A DNA stretch of 64,000 nt, from sequence record NZ_CP049260.1; one strand, given 5' to 3'. The notes beneath the pieces were generated by a model. That model had not been told where the DNA came from, did no database searches, and worked only from the letters and a program-made list of their open reading frames with translations. Positions within the stretch are counted from its first letter, which is position 1. Each line of letters opens with the position of its first letter. The stretch is from a plasmid. A program made the translations under genes and the position numbers. Of the stretch, positions 10,845 to 20,417 are shown in pieces.

Positions 10845-11783
10845 ATGGCAGAAATTAACTCCATGATAAATGCCCTTCTTTCCGATCGGTCCCACTTTAC
10901 TGAACAAGAAATACATACCATTATCGACTTCGTGAATGAACTCGATGATGACATGCTGTATCAGTTTGAAAATGCTGAAGAACGCAGCGTAATGTATAGC
11001 TATGAGCAATTGCTGGCCAGTTCCAGACCTATTGGCATCAATAATGGCGGGCGCGATATCGAGCTGGGGTTACTTAATTCGGGACCGAATACGACGATTC
11101 AGAATAACAGTAATTTTTTCAACCGTTTTAATACTCGCGTACCGCTTTTAGGCCGCCGTGCGGGTAACATTTATAATGAAGCCACCAAAATCTCTTATGA
11201 TTATGCCGGAAAAGTTATTGCCGGCATTGGTGGGATTTTTGGTGTTTCCGCCGGGGTCACTGCGGTTGTCACAACAGGGAGCGAAGCGGCAAAAGCGGCG
11301 TCTACAACCGGGGTTCGTACCGCATTTCTGGTCGCAGGCGGTTTTTGCGGGGTTGTGGGTGGCTTTCTGGTACTCCTGCGCAATACGATGTCAGACAGAC
11401 AGACGGCGAATAACAAACGCTTTCTGGAAACCGTAAAAAAGGCCGTGAAAATCCGTACCAAAGTGAATAAGTTTTTCGAAGAGACCAATAACAAGGTGGT
11501 GAAAGATCCGGCGAAAGCGAAAACACAGCTTGAATCCGGTCTTGCCTCACATCCGGCCCGCTTCGCGGCAGGCCCAGGCGGCTCGACGGTTTACGCCGAT
11601 TTGTCGCCGGTCGAAAAGCTCATCACCGAGGATTTCGCGACACAGCACTATGATATCCGCTCAAAAGTGGTTATCAGCCGTGGCAATCCGTGGCAAATCA
11701 CACTCACTACGCTGCGTGGCGGCACTAAGCAGTTTACTCAGGAAGAGATGACCGTACTGCAGAATATCGCGAGCCGGTTGTAG
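10845..11783 (+). CDS. hypothetical membrane protein with two glycine-zipper helices, immediately downstream of hcp
   Basis: 312 aa, lower GC; central hydrophobic segments AGIGGIFGVSAGVTAVVTTG and AFLVAGGFCGVVGGFLVLL carry GxxxG repeats; no signal peptide. Confidence 0.45.
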   Translation: MAEINSMINALLSDRSHFTEQEIHTIIDFVNELDDDMLYQFENAEERSVMYSYEQLLASSRPIGINNGGRDIELGLLNSGPNTTIQNNSNFFNRFNTRVPLLGRRAGNIYNEATKISYDYAGKVIAGIGGIFGVSAGVTAVVTTGSEAAKAASTTGVRTAFLVAGGFCGVVGGFLVLLRNTMSDRQTANNKRFLETVKKAVKIRTKVNKFFEETNNKVVKDPAKAKTQLESGLASHPARFAAGPGGSTVYADLSPVEKLITEDFATQHYDIRSKVVISRGNPWQITLTTLRGGTKQFTQEEMTVLQNIASRL

Positions 11784-12201
11784 CGTTCCCGCATGCGGCG
11801 GGCAACCGTCGCTTTGCTCTCCTTTCTCCGGCGGCGGCGTTAGCCCCGCCCGCATCTTTTCTCTCTGGCTCTGGTCATGGTTATGACCTCGGGCAATGCT
11901 GAGCGCTTTTTTTTACAGATTATTCATAACCGGCCCAAAACATGGCGCAGTCGAATCCTGCCTGACACACTTTTTCTGTGTTTAACGGCTACAGGAGAAA
12001 CCGAATGACGCTATGTTATGCGCAATATATTGAGGCGTGTTACGCCTGCGCTGAGGCCTGCCATAACATGCGCGCCTGATGGTCTCTGTACAGGGATGTA
12101 TGGCCGCGCTGCTGCGGTCTGTGCCACTTTTTTTACAACATTTTTATACGCAGGGCAGTTTAATAAGCAGATCTGTCAGTCGATTATTTTGAGGCCTGGT
12201 T

Positions 12202-13677
12202 TTGCTACAGCTCGCTCCTGCAACGTCTTCGCGTCCCGTCATTGTCATTCATCTGTGTGGTTTTCTGGTATTGCTCTACAGCTTTTCGATGCTGCCCCCG
12301 ATGCTCGTTGCGCTGTTTTGCAAGGATCGCAGTTACTTCTCTTTTCTGGTGACCTTTGTCATTTTTTTTGTGCCGGGCTGTGCTGCATGGCTTGCCACAC
12401 GCCGCCACATCGCGCCGCTTAAAACCCGTGACGGTTTTCTGATAATCGTGCTGTTCTGGATCCTGTTTTCTCTTATCAGCGCGATGCCGTTCTGGCTCGA
12501 TAGCGCGCTCGGCCTGAACGCCGCGCAGGCGCTTTTTGAAGGTGTATCCGGCATAACGACAACGGGGGCCACCATCATTAACGATGTGAGCGGGCTTCCG
12601 AAAGCTTACCTTTACTACCGGGCGCAGCTTAATTTTATCGGTGGTCTTGGCGTTATTGTTCTCGCGGTTGCCGTGCTGCCGCTACTTGGAATCGGCGGCA
12701 TGAAACTGTATCAGTCTGAGATGCCCGGGCCTTTTAAGGAAGAGCGCTTAACGCCGCGTCTGGCTGATACGTCGCGCACGCTCTGGTTCACCTATGCTTT
12801 GCTGGGCACAGCCTGCGCCGTCGCTTACCGCATAGCGGGCATGCCGTGGTTTGACGCGCTGTGCCACGGGCTTTCTACAGTTTCTCTTGGCGGGTTTTCC
12901 ACGCGGAATGAAAGCATCGGCTTTTATGACAGTTATCCGGTCGAGCTGGTGGCGGGGCTGTTTTCACTGTTATCCGCCGTGAATTTTACCGTCTGGTTTG
13001 TCGCGTTCACCCGGCGCACTCTGAAGCCGTTTCGCCGCAACGCGGAGCTGCACTTTTTTCTTCTGGTCACGCTGATTATCGTGCTGCTGACCGCCTGGCA
13101 GGTCTGGCATAAAGGGATTTACGATCTGACGGGCAGTCTGGTTCACGCCTTCTTTCTGGCAAGCTCAATGATTACCGATAACGGCCTTGCGACGTCAGAC
13201 TATGCGAGCTGGCCTGCGCATACTATCGTCATGCTGTTGCTGGCGAGCTTTTTTGGCGGGTGCGTGGGGTCAACCTGTGGGGGGATTAAAGCACTGCGCT
13301 TTCTGATCCTGTTTAAACAAAGCCGTAATGAGGTGCATCAGCTGGCACATCCGAGGGCAATTTTAAGCCTGCATGTCGGACAGAGTGTGGTCAATGAGCG
13401 TGTGCTGCGCTCGGTATGCAGCTTTTTCTTCCTCTACATGCTGGTCAGTATTTTGTTTATCTGGGCGCTAACCTTAATGGGCTATGATCTGCTGAGCGCT
13501 TTCGGCACGGTGGCCGCCTGCATCAACAATATGGGGCTTGGGTTCGGTGTGACGGCGGCGAGTTTTGACACGCTTAATGACGGCGCAAAATACCTGATGT
13601 GTCTCGCGATGATTCTGGGACGCCTTGAGATCTATCCATTTCTGATCCTGCTGTCGCGGTTTTTCTGGCGTGCGTGA
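12202..13677 (+). CDS. Trk-family potassium uptake protein (TrkH/TrkG)
   Basis: 491 aa polytopic membrane protein; repeated M1-P-M2 motifs incl. GGCVGSTCGGIKALRF selectivity-filter-like glycine motifs; TTG start. Confidence 0.75.
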   Translation: MLQLAPATSSRPVIVIHLCGFLVLLYSFSMLPPMLVALFCKDRSYFSFLVTFVIFFVPGCAAWLATRRHIAPLKTRDGFLIIVLFWILFSLISAMPFWLDSALGLNAAQALFEGVSGITTTGATIINDVSGLPKAYLYYRAQLNFIGGLGVIVLAVAVLPLLGIGGMKLYQSEMPGPFKEERLTPRLADTSRTLWFTYALLGTACAVAYRIAGMPWFDALCHGLSTVSLGGFSTRNESIGFYDSYPVELVAGLFSLLSAVNFTVWFVAFTRRTLKPFRRNAELHFFLLVTLIIVLLTAWQVWHKGIYDLTGSLVHAFFLASSMITDNGLATSDYASWPAHTIVMLLLASFFGGCVGSTCGGIKALRFLILFKQSRNEVHQLAHPRAILSLHVGQSVVNERVLRSVCSFFFLYMLVSILFIWALTLMGYDLLSAFGTVAACINNMGLGFGVTAASFDTLNDGAKYLMCLAMILGRLEIYPFLILLSRFFWRA

Positions 13678-13729
13678 GTCTGGCGATAAACGGCCCCCTG
13701 AAAGGGAGCCGTTGCCTGCGCTTTACGCA

Positions 13730-14143
13730 TTACTGACCTTGCACAATGACAACCTCACCATCTTCTTTCGTAAACGGGCCTTGCTGCGGATCGGGCAGAA
13801 TAGCCAGAACTTCTTCTGAGGGACGGCACAGGCGGGTGCCGAGCGGCGTTACCACAATCGGGCGATTAATTAGAATCGGGTGCGCCAGCATCGCGTCCAG
13901 CAGCGCCTCATCACCGATTTTCTCATCGTCCAGCCCGAGCGCCTGATACGGCTCGACATTTTTGCGCAGCAGCGCCCGCACGCTAATGCCCATATCGCTA
14001 ATCAGCGTTTTCAGCGCGTCGCGTGTCGGCGGCGTTTCCAGATAAAGAATAATGGTCGGCTCCACGCCACTGTTACGGATAAGGCCAAGCGTATTTCGTG
14101 AGGTGCCGCAGGCCGGGTTATGGTAAATCGTAATCGGTGTCAT
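13730..14143 (-). CDS. arsC: arsenate reductase (glutaredoxin-coupled, R773 type)
   Basis: MTPITIYHNPACGTSRNTL with catalytic Cys in HNPxCGTSRN motif; last gene of arsRBC. Confidence 0.85.
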   Translation of the reverse strand: MTPITIYHNPACGTSRNTLGLIRNSGVEPTIILYLETPPTRDALKTLISDMGISVRALLRKNVEPYQALGLDDEKIGDEALLDAMLAHPILINRPIVVTPLGTRLCRPSEEVLAILPDPQQGPFTKEDGEVVIVQGQ

Positions 14144-14186
14144 CAGGGTTCTCCGTCAGGGCGAGTGAGACATGCCCTGCTAAAAG

Positions 14187-15470
14187 TTAAAAAGAGAGAC
14201 GCAGGGCGAGGGCCGCAAGTGTTACCAGCAGCACCGGCAGGGTCATCACAATGCCTGCCCGGAAGTAATACCCCCAGCTAATCGCAATATTTTTCTGCGC
14301 CAGCACATGCAGCCAGAGTAGCGTGGCGAGGCTGCCGATTGGTGTGATTTTTGGGCCTAAATCGCAGCCGATGATATTCGCGTAAATCATGGCGTCTTTA
14401 ACGAGGCCCGTGGCGGCGCTGCCGTCGATGGAGAGCGCGCCGACCAGCACCGTCGGCATATTATTCATCACCGAAGAGAGCGCGGCGGTCAGAACGCCCG
14501 TCCCGAGCGTCGCCCCCCAGATCCCGTGCAGCGCGAAGACGTTAAGCAGGGCGGAGAGATAACCGGTCAGCCCGGCGTTGCGCAGGCCATACACCACCAG
14601 ATACATGCCCAGCGAGAAAATGACGATTTGCCACGGCGCGCCTTTCAGCACCTTGCGCGTATCGATAACGTGTCCCTGACGCGCGACCAGCCAGAGCAAT
14701 GCCGCCGCCACGGCGGCGACCAGACTCACCGGCACGCCGAGGGGCTCCAGCGCGAAAAACCCCACCAGCAGCAACACCAGCACCAGCCAGCCGGTCATGA
14801 AGGTGCGCCGATCGCGGATTGCCGTCTGCGGCGTGCTGATTTTTTCACGATCGAATGTCGCCGGAATTGCTTTGCGGAAAACGAGGTGCAGCATCACCAG
14901 TGAAGCCGCTACCGAGGCGAGGTTTACCGGCACCATCACAGCGGCGTAATCGCTGAAGCCGAGCGAGAAAAAATCCGCGGTCACGATATTCACCAGATTC
15001 GAGACCATCAACGGCAGGCTGGCGGTATCGGCGATAAAACCTGCCGCCATGACAAACGCCAGTGTGGCCCCGCGGCTGAAGCCGAGCGCCAGCAGCATTG
15101 CGATAACAATCGGTGTGAGGATCAGCGCCGCGCCGTCATTGGCAAACAGCGCCGCGACCATGGCGCCCAGTAAAATTATGCAGGTAAACAGCCGGGCCCC
15201 TTTACCGTTGCCCCAGCGTGCCACGTGCAGCGCCGCCCAGCGGAAGAAACCGCACTCATCCAGCAGCAGGCTAATGATAATCACGGCGATAAACGTCGCG
15301 GTGGCGTTCCAGACAATATTCCACACCACCGGAATATCGCTGAGGTGTACCACGCCGGTGAGTAGCGCGAGTGCTGCGCCTGCCGACGCGCTCCAGCCGA
15401 TACCGAGCCCTTTCGGCTGCCAGATAACCAGAACCAGGGTCAGGATGAAAATCGCACCCGCCAGAAACAT
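14187..15470 (-). CDS. arsB: arsenite efflux pump ArsB
   Basis: 427 aa 12-TM protein with characteristic ArsB N-terminus [28 protein letters not shown]. Confidence 0.9.
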   Translation of the reverse strand: MFLAGAIFILTLVLVIWQPKGLGIGWSASAGAALALLTGVVHLSDIPVVWNIVWNATATFIAVIIISLLLDECGFFRWAALHVARWGNGKGARLFTCIILLGAMVAALFANDGAALILTPIVIAMLLALGFSRGATLAFVMAAGFIADTASLPLMVSNLVNIVTADFFSLGFSDYAAVMVPVNLASVAASLVMLHLVFRKAIPATFDREKISTPQTAIRDRRTFMTGWLVLVLLLVGFFALEPLGVPVSLVAAVAAALLWLVARQGHVIDTRKVLKGAPWQIVIFSLGMYLVVYGLRNAGLTGYLSALLNVFALHGIWGATLGTGVLTAALSSVMNNMPTVLVGALSIDGSAATGLVKDAMIYANIIGCDLGPKITPIGSLATLLWLHVLAQKNIAISWGYYFRAGIVMTLPVLLVTLAALALRLSF

Positions 15471-15557
15471 AACGCTCTCCTTGACTGAATTTCATGGCTT
15501 TGACGCCAGTGAACGACGTAACAAATATGATTATTCATATATGTATTAACAAAATTT

Positions 15558-15893
15558 TTAGCCGCAGCGTCTGGTGTTTGCCGCGTTTTGCGTGGCCAGC
15601 GACGCAATCGCTTCACGTTCGCATAAAAACGCCTGCTCAATCACCGCAGCAGCCCAGGCGGGCATATGAGGCGAAAGCCGGTAGTGGATCCACTTACCGT
15701 CGCGGCGATCGCTGAGCAGGCCGCTGTCGCGCAGCAATGCCAGGTGGCGGGAGATTTTCGGCTGGGAGAGATTTAACGTGGACGTGAGCTCGCAAACGCA
15801 CAGCTCGCCCTGCGCGCGCAGCAGCAGTGCGAGGCGCAACCGGGTGTCATCAGCCAGTAATTTAAACAGCTGTAGCGGCGTGAGAGACATCAT
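15558..15893 (-). CDS. arsR: arsenic-responsive repressor ArsR
   Basis: ELCVCEL metalloid-binding motif within HTH; first gene of operon. Confidence 0.8.
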   Translation of the reverse strand: MMSLTPLQLFKLLADDTRLRLALLLRAQGELCVCELTSTLNLSQPKISRHLALLRDSGLLSDRRDGKWIHYRLSPHMPAWAAAVIEQAFLCEREAIASLATQNAANTRRCG

Positions 15894-15982
15894 TCACCCT
15901 CCATAAAACAGTGGAGGGTAGTGTGGAGCGCTCAAACGCTGACGTCAACAACATATTCGTATTTCCGAATATGATTAGTGGA

Positions 15983-16870
15983 TTAGTGATATTCCTGTTG
16001 TGACAGCACCGCCTGCAACTGTGCGCGCGCTTCCCCCTGCAGACTCAGCAGCGGCTCCGGCAGGCAGGGCGTCGCAACGCGCCCGCAGAGTTCCGCAGCG
16101 GCTGCGATAACCCGCAAACTGCCGTGGCGACGAAATAATTCCCACAGCGGTTCAAACTTCTCGTTCAGCGCCGCGGTCTGTGCCTCGTCGCCCCTCAGCG
16201 CGGCGTCGGTCAGTGCCCGGATGTCGCGTGGCCATAACCCGGCGACGACAGAATAGAACACATCGGCCCCGGCCAGCAGCGCACTGGCGGCCTGCGGATC
16301 GCCGCTGGTGCCAAGGGTGACGGTGGCAGGAAGCTCGCGACGCAGGGCAGTAATTTGCGCAGCCGCCTGGGCGGTATCGCGGAACGGACTGAGCTTAATC
16401 GAGCCGATATTGGGCAGGCGCGCCACGGCGCACAGTAATTCCTGCGTAAAGGTAAAGCCCGTCGTGGCCGGATTATCATAAATGCACAGCGGTACCGAAA
16501 CCGCATGCGCGACACGCTCATAAAGCCGGTATGCCTCTTCGTGGCTGAGCGGCTGATAGGAGAGCGGCGAGAGCAGCAGGCCGCGCACGCCCGCACGCTG
16601 GGCGTCGTCTGCGATTTGCTGGATATCGTCCAGGCGCAGCGCGCCGATGCTCGTTATGACCGGAATATCCTCTGCGGCCCCGATCGTCAGCGCCGTGATA
16701 CGGGCGCGTTGCTCCCGGGAGAGATAAGCGTAGCTGCCGGTGGAGCCGAGCGGGGCAATAGTATCCACCCGCGCAGCCGCCAGATTTTCAATCAGCGACA
16801 CAAAGGTTTTTTCATCCACCCTGCCGTTAATCAGCGGCGTCAGCGGGAAGGCGGCGAGACCTTTAAACAT
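15983..16870 (-). CDS. dihydrodipicolinate synthase / N-acetylneuraminate lyase family (class I aldolase)
   Basis: DapA-family N-terminus ..AAFPLTPL..G.VDE..; 295 aa. Confidence 0.65.
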   Translation of the reverse strand: MFKGLAAFPLTPLINGRVDEKTFVSLIENLAAARVDTIAPLGSTGSYAYLSREQRARITALTIGAAEDIPVITSIGALRLDDIQQIADDAQRAGVRGLLLSPLSYQPLSHEEAYRLYERVAHAVSVPLCIYDNPATTGFTFTQELLCAVARLPNIGSIKLSPFRDTAQAAAQITALRRELPATVTLGTSGDPQAASALLAGADVFYSVVAGLWPRDIRALTDAALRGDEAQTAALNEKFEPLWELFRRHGSLRVIAAAAELCGRVATPCLPEPLLSLQGEARAQLQAVLSQQEYH

Positions 16871-16894
16871 GGTATTTCCTTATTAAATGGCCTG

Positions 16895-17773
16895 TCAGCG
16901 TGCAAATTTCTTCGAGCCTGCCACGCAGAGGATCACCCCAAGCGTCACGGCCAGCATCAGCGCGCTGACGTGTTCATTGAGCAGCGACGCGGCGAGCGCG
17001 AGGCCGAGAAACGGCTGTAACAGCTGAAGCTGGCCGACGGCGGCGATGCCTCCGGCGGCAAGCCCACGGTACCAGAAGATAAAGCCGACCAGCATACTGA
17101 ACAGCGATACATATCCGAGAGACACCCAGGCGGCAGGCGCCACCGCGCTGAACGAGGCGGGCCGTGTCAGCCAGGCGGCGCACAGCATCAGCGGCAGCGC
17201 GAGGATCAGCGCCCAGCCAATTGTCTGCCAGCCACCGAGCTGGCGCGACAGCGCCGCGCCCTCCGCATAACCTAAACCACAGAGCACTACGGCGGTTAGC
17301 ATCAACAGATCGCCCTGTAGCGAGATCCGCACATTACCGGTGAGAGCAAACCCTGCCACCGGCATGCTTCCCATTAATGAGAAGATCCAGAAGGCCGGGC
17401 GGGGGCGCTCGCCGCCGCGCAACACGCCGAAAAGCGCCGTCGCCAGCGGCAACAGGCCGATAAACACCATCGAATGCGCGGACGTCACATGCTGTAGCGC
17501 CAGCGCGGTCAGCAGCGGAAACCCCACCACCACGCCTGCGCAGACGATGGCAAGCGACGCCGCCTGCCGCCGCGTCGGCCGCGTTTCCCGTCGCAGCAGA
17601 ATCAGCAGCAGCGCCAGCCCTCCTGCTATCGATGCGCGGGCGAACGTCAGAAAAAAGGGTGAGAAATCGCCAACGGCGACACGCGTGGCAGGCAGCGAAC
17701 CGCTGAAAATAACCACGCCCAGCAGGCCATTCAGCCAGCCTGCCCATGGGCCCGGACGGGACGGATTTTCCAT
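16895..17773 (-). CDS. DMT-superfamily (EamA-type) transporter
   Basis: 10-TM protein with duplicated EamA halves; start at MENPSRP with AGGAG RBS. Confidence 0.65.
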   Translation of the reverse strand: MENPSRPGPWAGWLNGLLGVVIFSGSLPATRVAVGDFSPFFLTFARASIAGGLALLLILLRRETRPTRRQAASLAIVCAGVVVGFPLLTALALQHVTSAHSMVFIGLLPLATALFGVLRGGERPRPAFWIFSLMGSMPVAGFALTGNVRISLQGDLLMLTAVVLCGLGYAEGAALSRQLGGWQTIGWALILALPLMLCAAWLTRPASFSAVAPAAWVSLGYVSLFSMLVGFIFWYRGLAAGGIAAVGQLQLLQPFLGLALAASLLNEHVSALMLAVTLGVILCVAGSKKFAR

Positions 17774-17864
17774 AACATTCTCCTGATAAATTGCGACCAT
17801 TGACGCCCGCCATCGTAGAGCGCTAGATTCAGGACAATCAAAAAATTGTCATGGATACATTGCT

Positions 17865-19199
17865 GTGAAAGCGCGCTACAAAACGCTGGTCGATCGCTAT
17901 GCATCGGCCATCCGCAGCGGTGAGTTAACCGCAGGCGTTCAGTTACCCACGCACCGGCGGCTGGCGGCGGAACACCATGTCTCGCTTGCCACGGCGACGC
18001 GCGTTTACGCCGAGCTGGAGGCGATGGGGCTGGTGAGCGGTGAAACAGGGCGGGGAACCTTTGTGCGGGATATCGCGCTGCCGCCGGGGCTGGGCATTGA
18101 TCAACACGCCGTGGCGGCCGATGCGCTGGATCTGAGTTTTAACTATCCCGCCCTGCCAGGGCAGGCGGAACGGCTGCGCGACGCGTTGCGCCAGCTTGCT
18201 TCGGCCGGTGATATCGAGGCGCTGTTACGTTATCAGCCACACGCCGGACGCGCGAAAGACAGAGAGGCTATCGCCGCGTATCTGGCGGGCGCAGGGCTGA
18301 AGACCTCGCCGGAGAACGTGCTGGTGGTGAGCGGCGCGCAGCATGGCCTTGCGGTGTCGGTGATGAGCCTGCTGCGCCCCGGCGATGTCGTGGCGGTGGA
18401 CGCGCTGACTTACCCCGGTTTTAAAGTGGCGGCACAGCTTTGTCATGTTGAACTGGTGGCGGTGCCGTTTACCCCACAGGGGCCGGATCTCGCGGCGTTA
18501 CAGGCGCTCTGCGAAAAACGACGAGTGCGGGCGGTTTACACCATGCCAACGCTGCACAACCCGATCGGCTGGGTCATGACGCCGCGCCAGCGACGCGCGC
18601 TGGTGGCGATTGCCCGGCAATACGATCTGTTGCTGATTGAAGATGCGCCTTACGCCTGGCTGGTGAAACCCGCGCCGGTGCCGCTCGCGGCGCTGGCACC
18701 GGAAAGAACGGTGTATGTGACGGGGTTTTCCAAGAATATCGCGACGGGCTTGCGCGTAGGGGCGATCATCTGCCCGCCGCGTTTTCGCAGCGCGTTCGAA
18801 CGAACCATCCGCGCCACCGCCTGGAATACGCCTGCGCTGATGACCACGCTGGTCTGCAACTGGCTGCGTGACGGCACGGTAAACCGGTTTGAGGTGCGGA
18901 AGCGCCGCGACGCGCGGGCGCGCCAGTGTCTTGCCAGGCAGGCGCTGGCTCCGCTTGAGGTGATGGGCAATCCGTCATCCTATTTCCTCTGGCTGCCGCT
19001 GCGGGAAGGCGTTCGGGCCGAGCAAGTGGCGCAAAAACTGCTGCATAAAAAGATTTCGGTTTCGACCGCCGAGCCGTTCAGCGCATCACTTCATACACCC
19101 CACGCGATACGGCTCGCACTAGGCTCTTTACCGCTGGAGACACTACGGCAGGCGCTTGAAACGATCCGGGAAACGATACTGTACGAGGAAAATCTTTAG
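17865..19199 (+). CDS. MocR-subfamily GntR regulator (HTH fused to PLP-dependent aminotransferase-like domain)
   Basis: N-terminal wHTH (LPTHRRLAAEHHVSLATATRVYAELE) plus about 350 aa aminotransferase-fold domain incl. SFSKNIATGLRVG with PLP-lysine context; divergent from the DMT transporter gene. Confidence 0.7.
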   Translation: MKARYKTLVDRYASAIRSGELTAGVQLPTHRRLAAEHHVSLATATRVYAELEAMGLVSGETGRGTFVRDIALPPGLGIDQHAVAADALDLSFNYPALPGQAERLRDALRQLASAGDIEALLRYQPHAGRAKDREAIAAYLAGAGLKTSPENVLVVSGAQHGLAVSVMSLLRPGDVVAVDALTYPGFKVAAQLCHVELVAVPFTPQGPDLAALQALCEKRRVRAVYTMPTLHNPIGWVMTPRQRRALVAIARQYDLLLIEDAPYAWLVKPAPVPLAALAPERTVYVTGFSKNIATGLRVGAIICPPRFRSAFERTIRATAWNTPALMTTLVCNWLRDGTVNRFEVRKRRDARARQCLARQALAPLEVMGNPSSYFLWLPLREGVRAEQVAQKLLHKKISVSTAEPFSASLHTPHAIRLALGSLPLETLRQALETIRETILYEENL

Positions 19200-19885
19200 A
19201 AGCCCGGCGAGGCGGCCTGCTGCCAACATCCTTGCTGCTCAGGCCGCGGCTTCGATAAAACGCCATCGTACAGTATTGTATTTCGTGTCCTTATGATTAA
19301 TGCTCTTCAGTATATAAATTATTAATTATTTAACGCTGGCATTTCCCCGAAATAATTCTCGATAATTAAGTAGGGGTTGTTGTTATCTGGCAGGAAGAAA
19401 AATAACTTTACTGAAAGACAAATGGATTTATTCGTGAGGCTGGTGTGGATTTAATATTTTTTATGCCAATTCTTTTCGCGGATTCATTCCTTGGATACAT
19501 GATATTAGTCCATTTTCTTTGCCTTTTTTAAGGAAAGGATGATAAATTCCGGCGCAATTGTTACGCGCTAGAAATAATATTTTTTTTAATTAAGGCATGA
19601 ATGCTTTCGGACACGGGGTTACGCCCTGATATCGCTAATGACGAAAATAATTTGCCATTAATACAGGTTCGAAAATGGATAGGTTGTCATTTTTTTAGCA
19701 AAATTCATTTACATTTGCCGTTGTTCATTGTCTTGTGAATAACCACGATGCGCGTAGCATTTGTCAATGTAACTCTCTGTTTTAAAGCTTCTTATTCATT
19801 GCCTTAAGCGCAGTGAGATGGGGTTGCGGAGTCTCGCGACTTCCGGTTCTCCACAACCTGAAACCTTATTGTGAAGGAACACGTC

Positions 19886-20383
19886 ATGTCTGGTTCATTT
19901 CAGGAAGAAATTCCTAAAGCCCGTATTAATCTGAAGTTAAATCTGCACACCGGCGGCGCGCAGAAAAAAGTTGAGCTGCCGCTGAAATTACTGGTCACCG
20001 GCGATTTCAGTCACGGCCAGGAGCACCGGCCGCTGTCTGAGCGCAAAAAAATCGACATAAACAAAAATAATTTCGACAGCGTGCTTTCGGAATTTTCACC
20101 GGCGCTGAATCTCGCCGTGGAAAATACCCTGGCCGGTGACGGGCGCGAAGAAAACGTGCGCCTGACCTTCCGCCAGATGAAAGATTTCGAGCCGGAGCAG
20201 GTGGCGCGGCAAATTCCCCAGCTGAAAGCCATGCTCGCGATGCGCAATTTACTGCGCGACCTGAAATCCAATCTCCTTGATAACGCCACCTTCCGCAGGG
20301 AGCTGGAAACCATCCTGAAGGATCCGGCGCTGAGCGATGGCTTACGCGCGGAACTGGCGTCGCTGGCCCCGAAACACGCCTGA
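19886..20383 (+). CDS. tssB: T6SS contractile sheath small subunit TssB (VipA)
   Basis: MSGSFQEEIPKARINLKL..PLKLLVTGDFS is a canonical TssB sequence; AGGA RBS; preceded by about 570 bp AT-rich region. Confidence 0.85.
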   Translation: MSGSFQEEIPKARINLKLNLHTGGAQKKVELPLKLLVTGDFSHGQEHRPLSERKKIDINKNNFDSVLSEFSPALNLAVENTLAGDGREENVRLTFRQMKDFEPEQVARQIPQLKAMLAMRNLLRDLKSNLLDNATFRRELETILKDPALSDGLRAELASLAPKHA

Positions 20384-20417
20384 GGCGCACCGGGTTTATT
20401 ACGGATTAACGAGAGAA

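Noticed and set aside
12018-12422. 134-aa ORF overlapping the trk gene start
   Set aside because: Overlaps the 5' end of the better-supported Trk ORF; Cys/Ala-rich translation; no RBS
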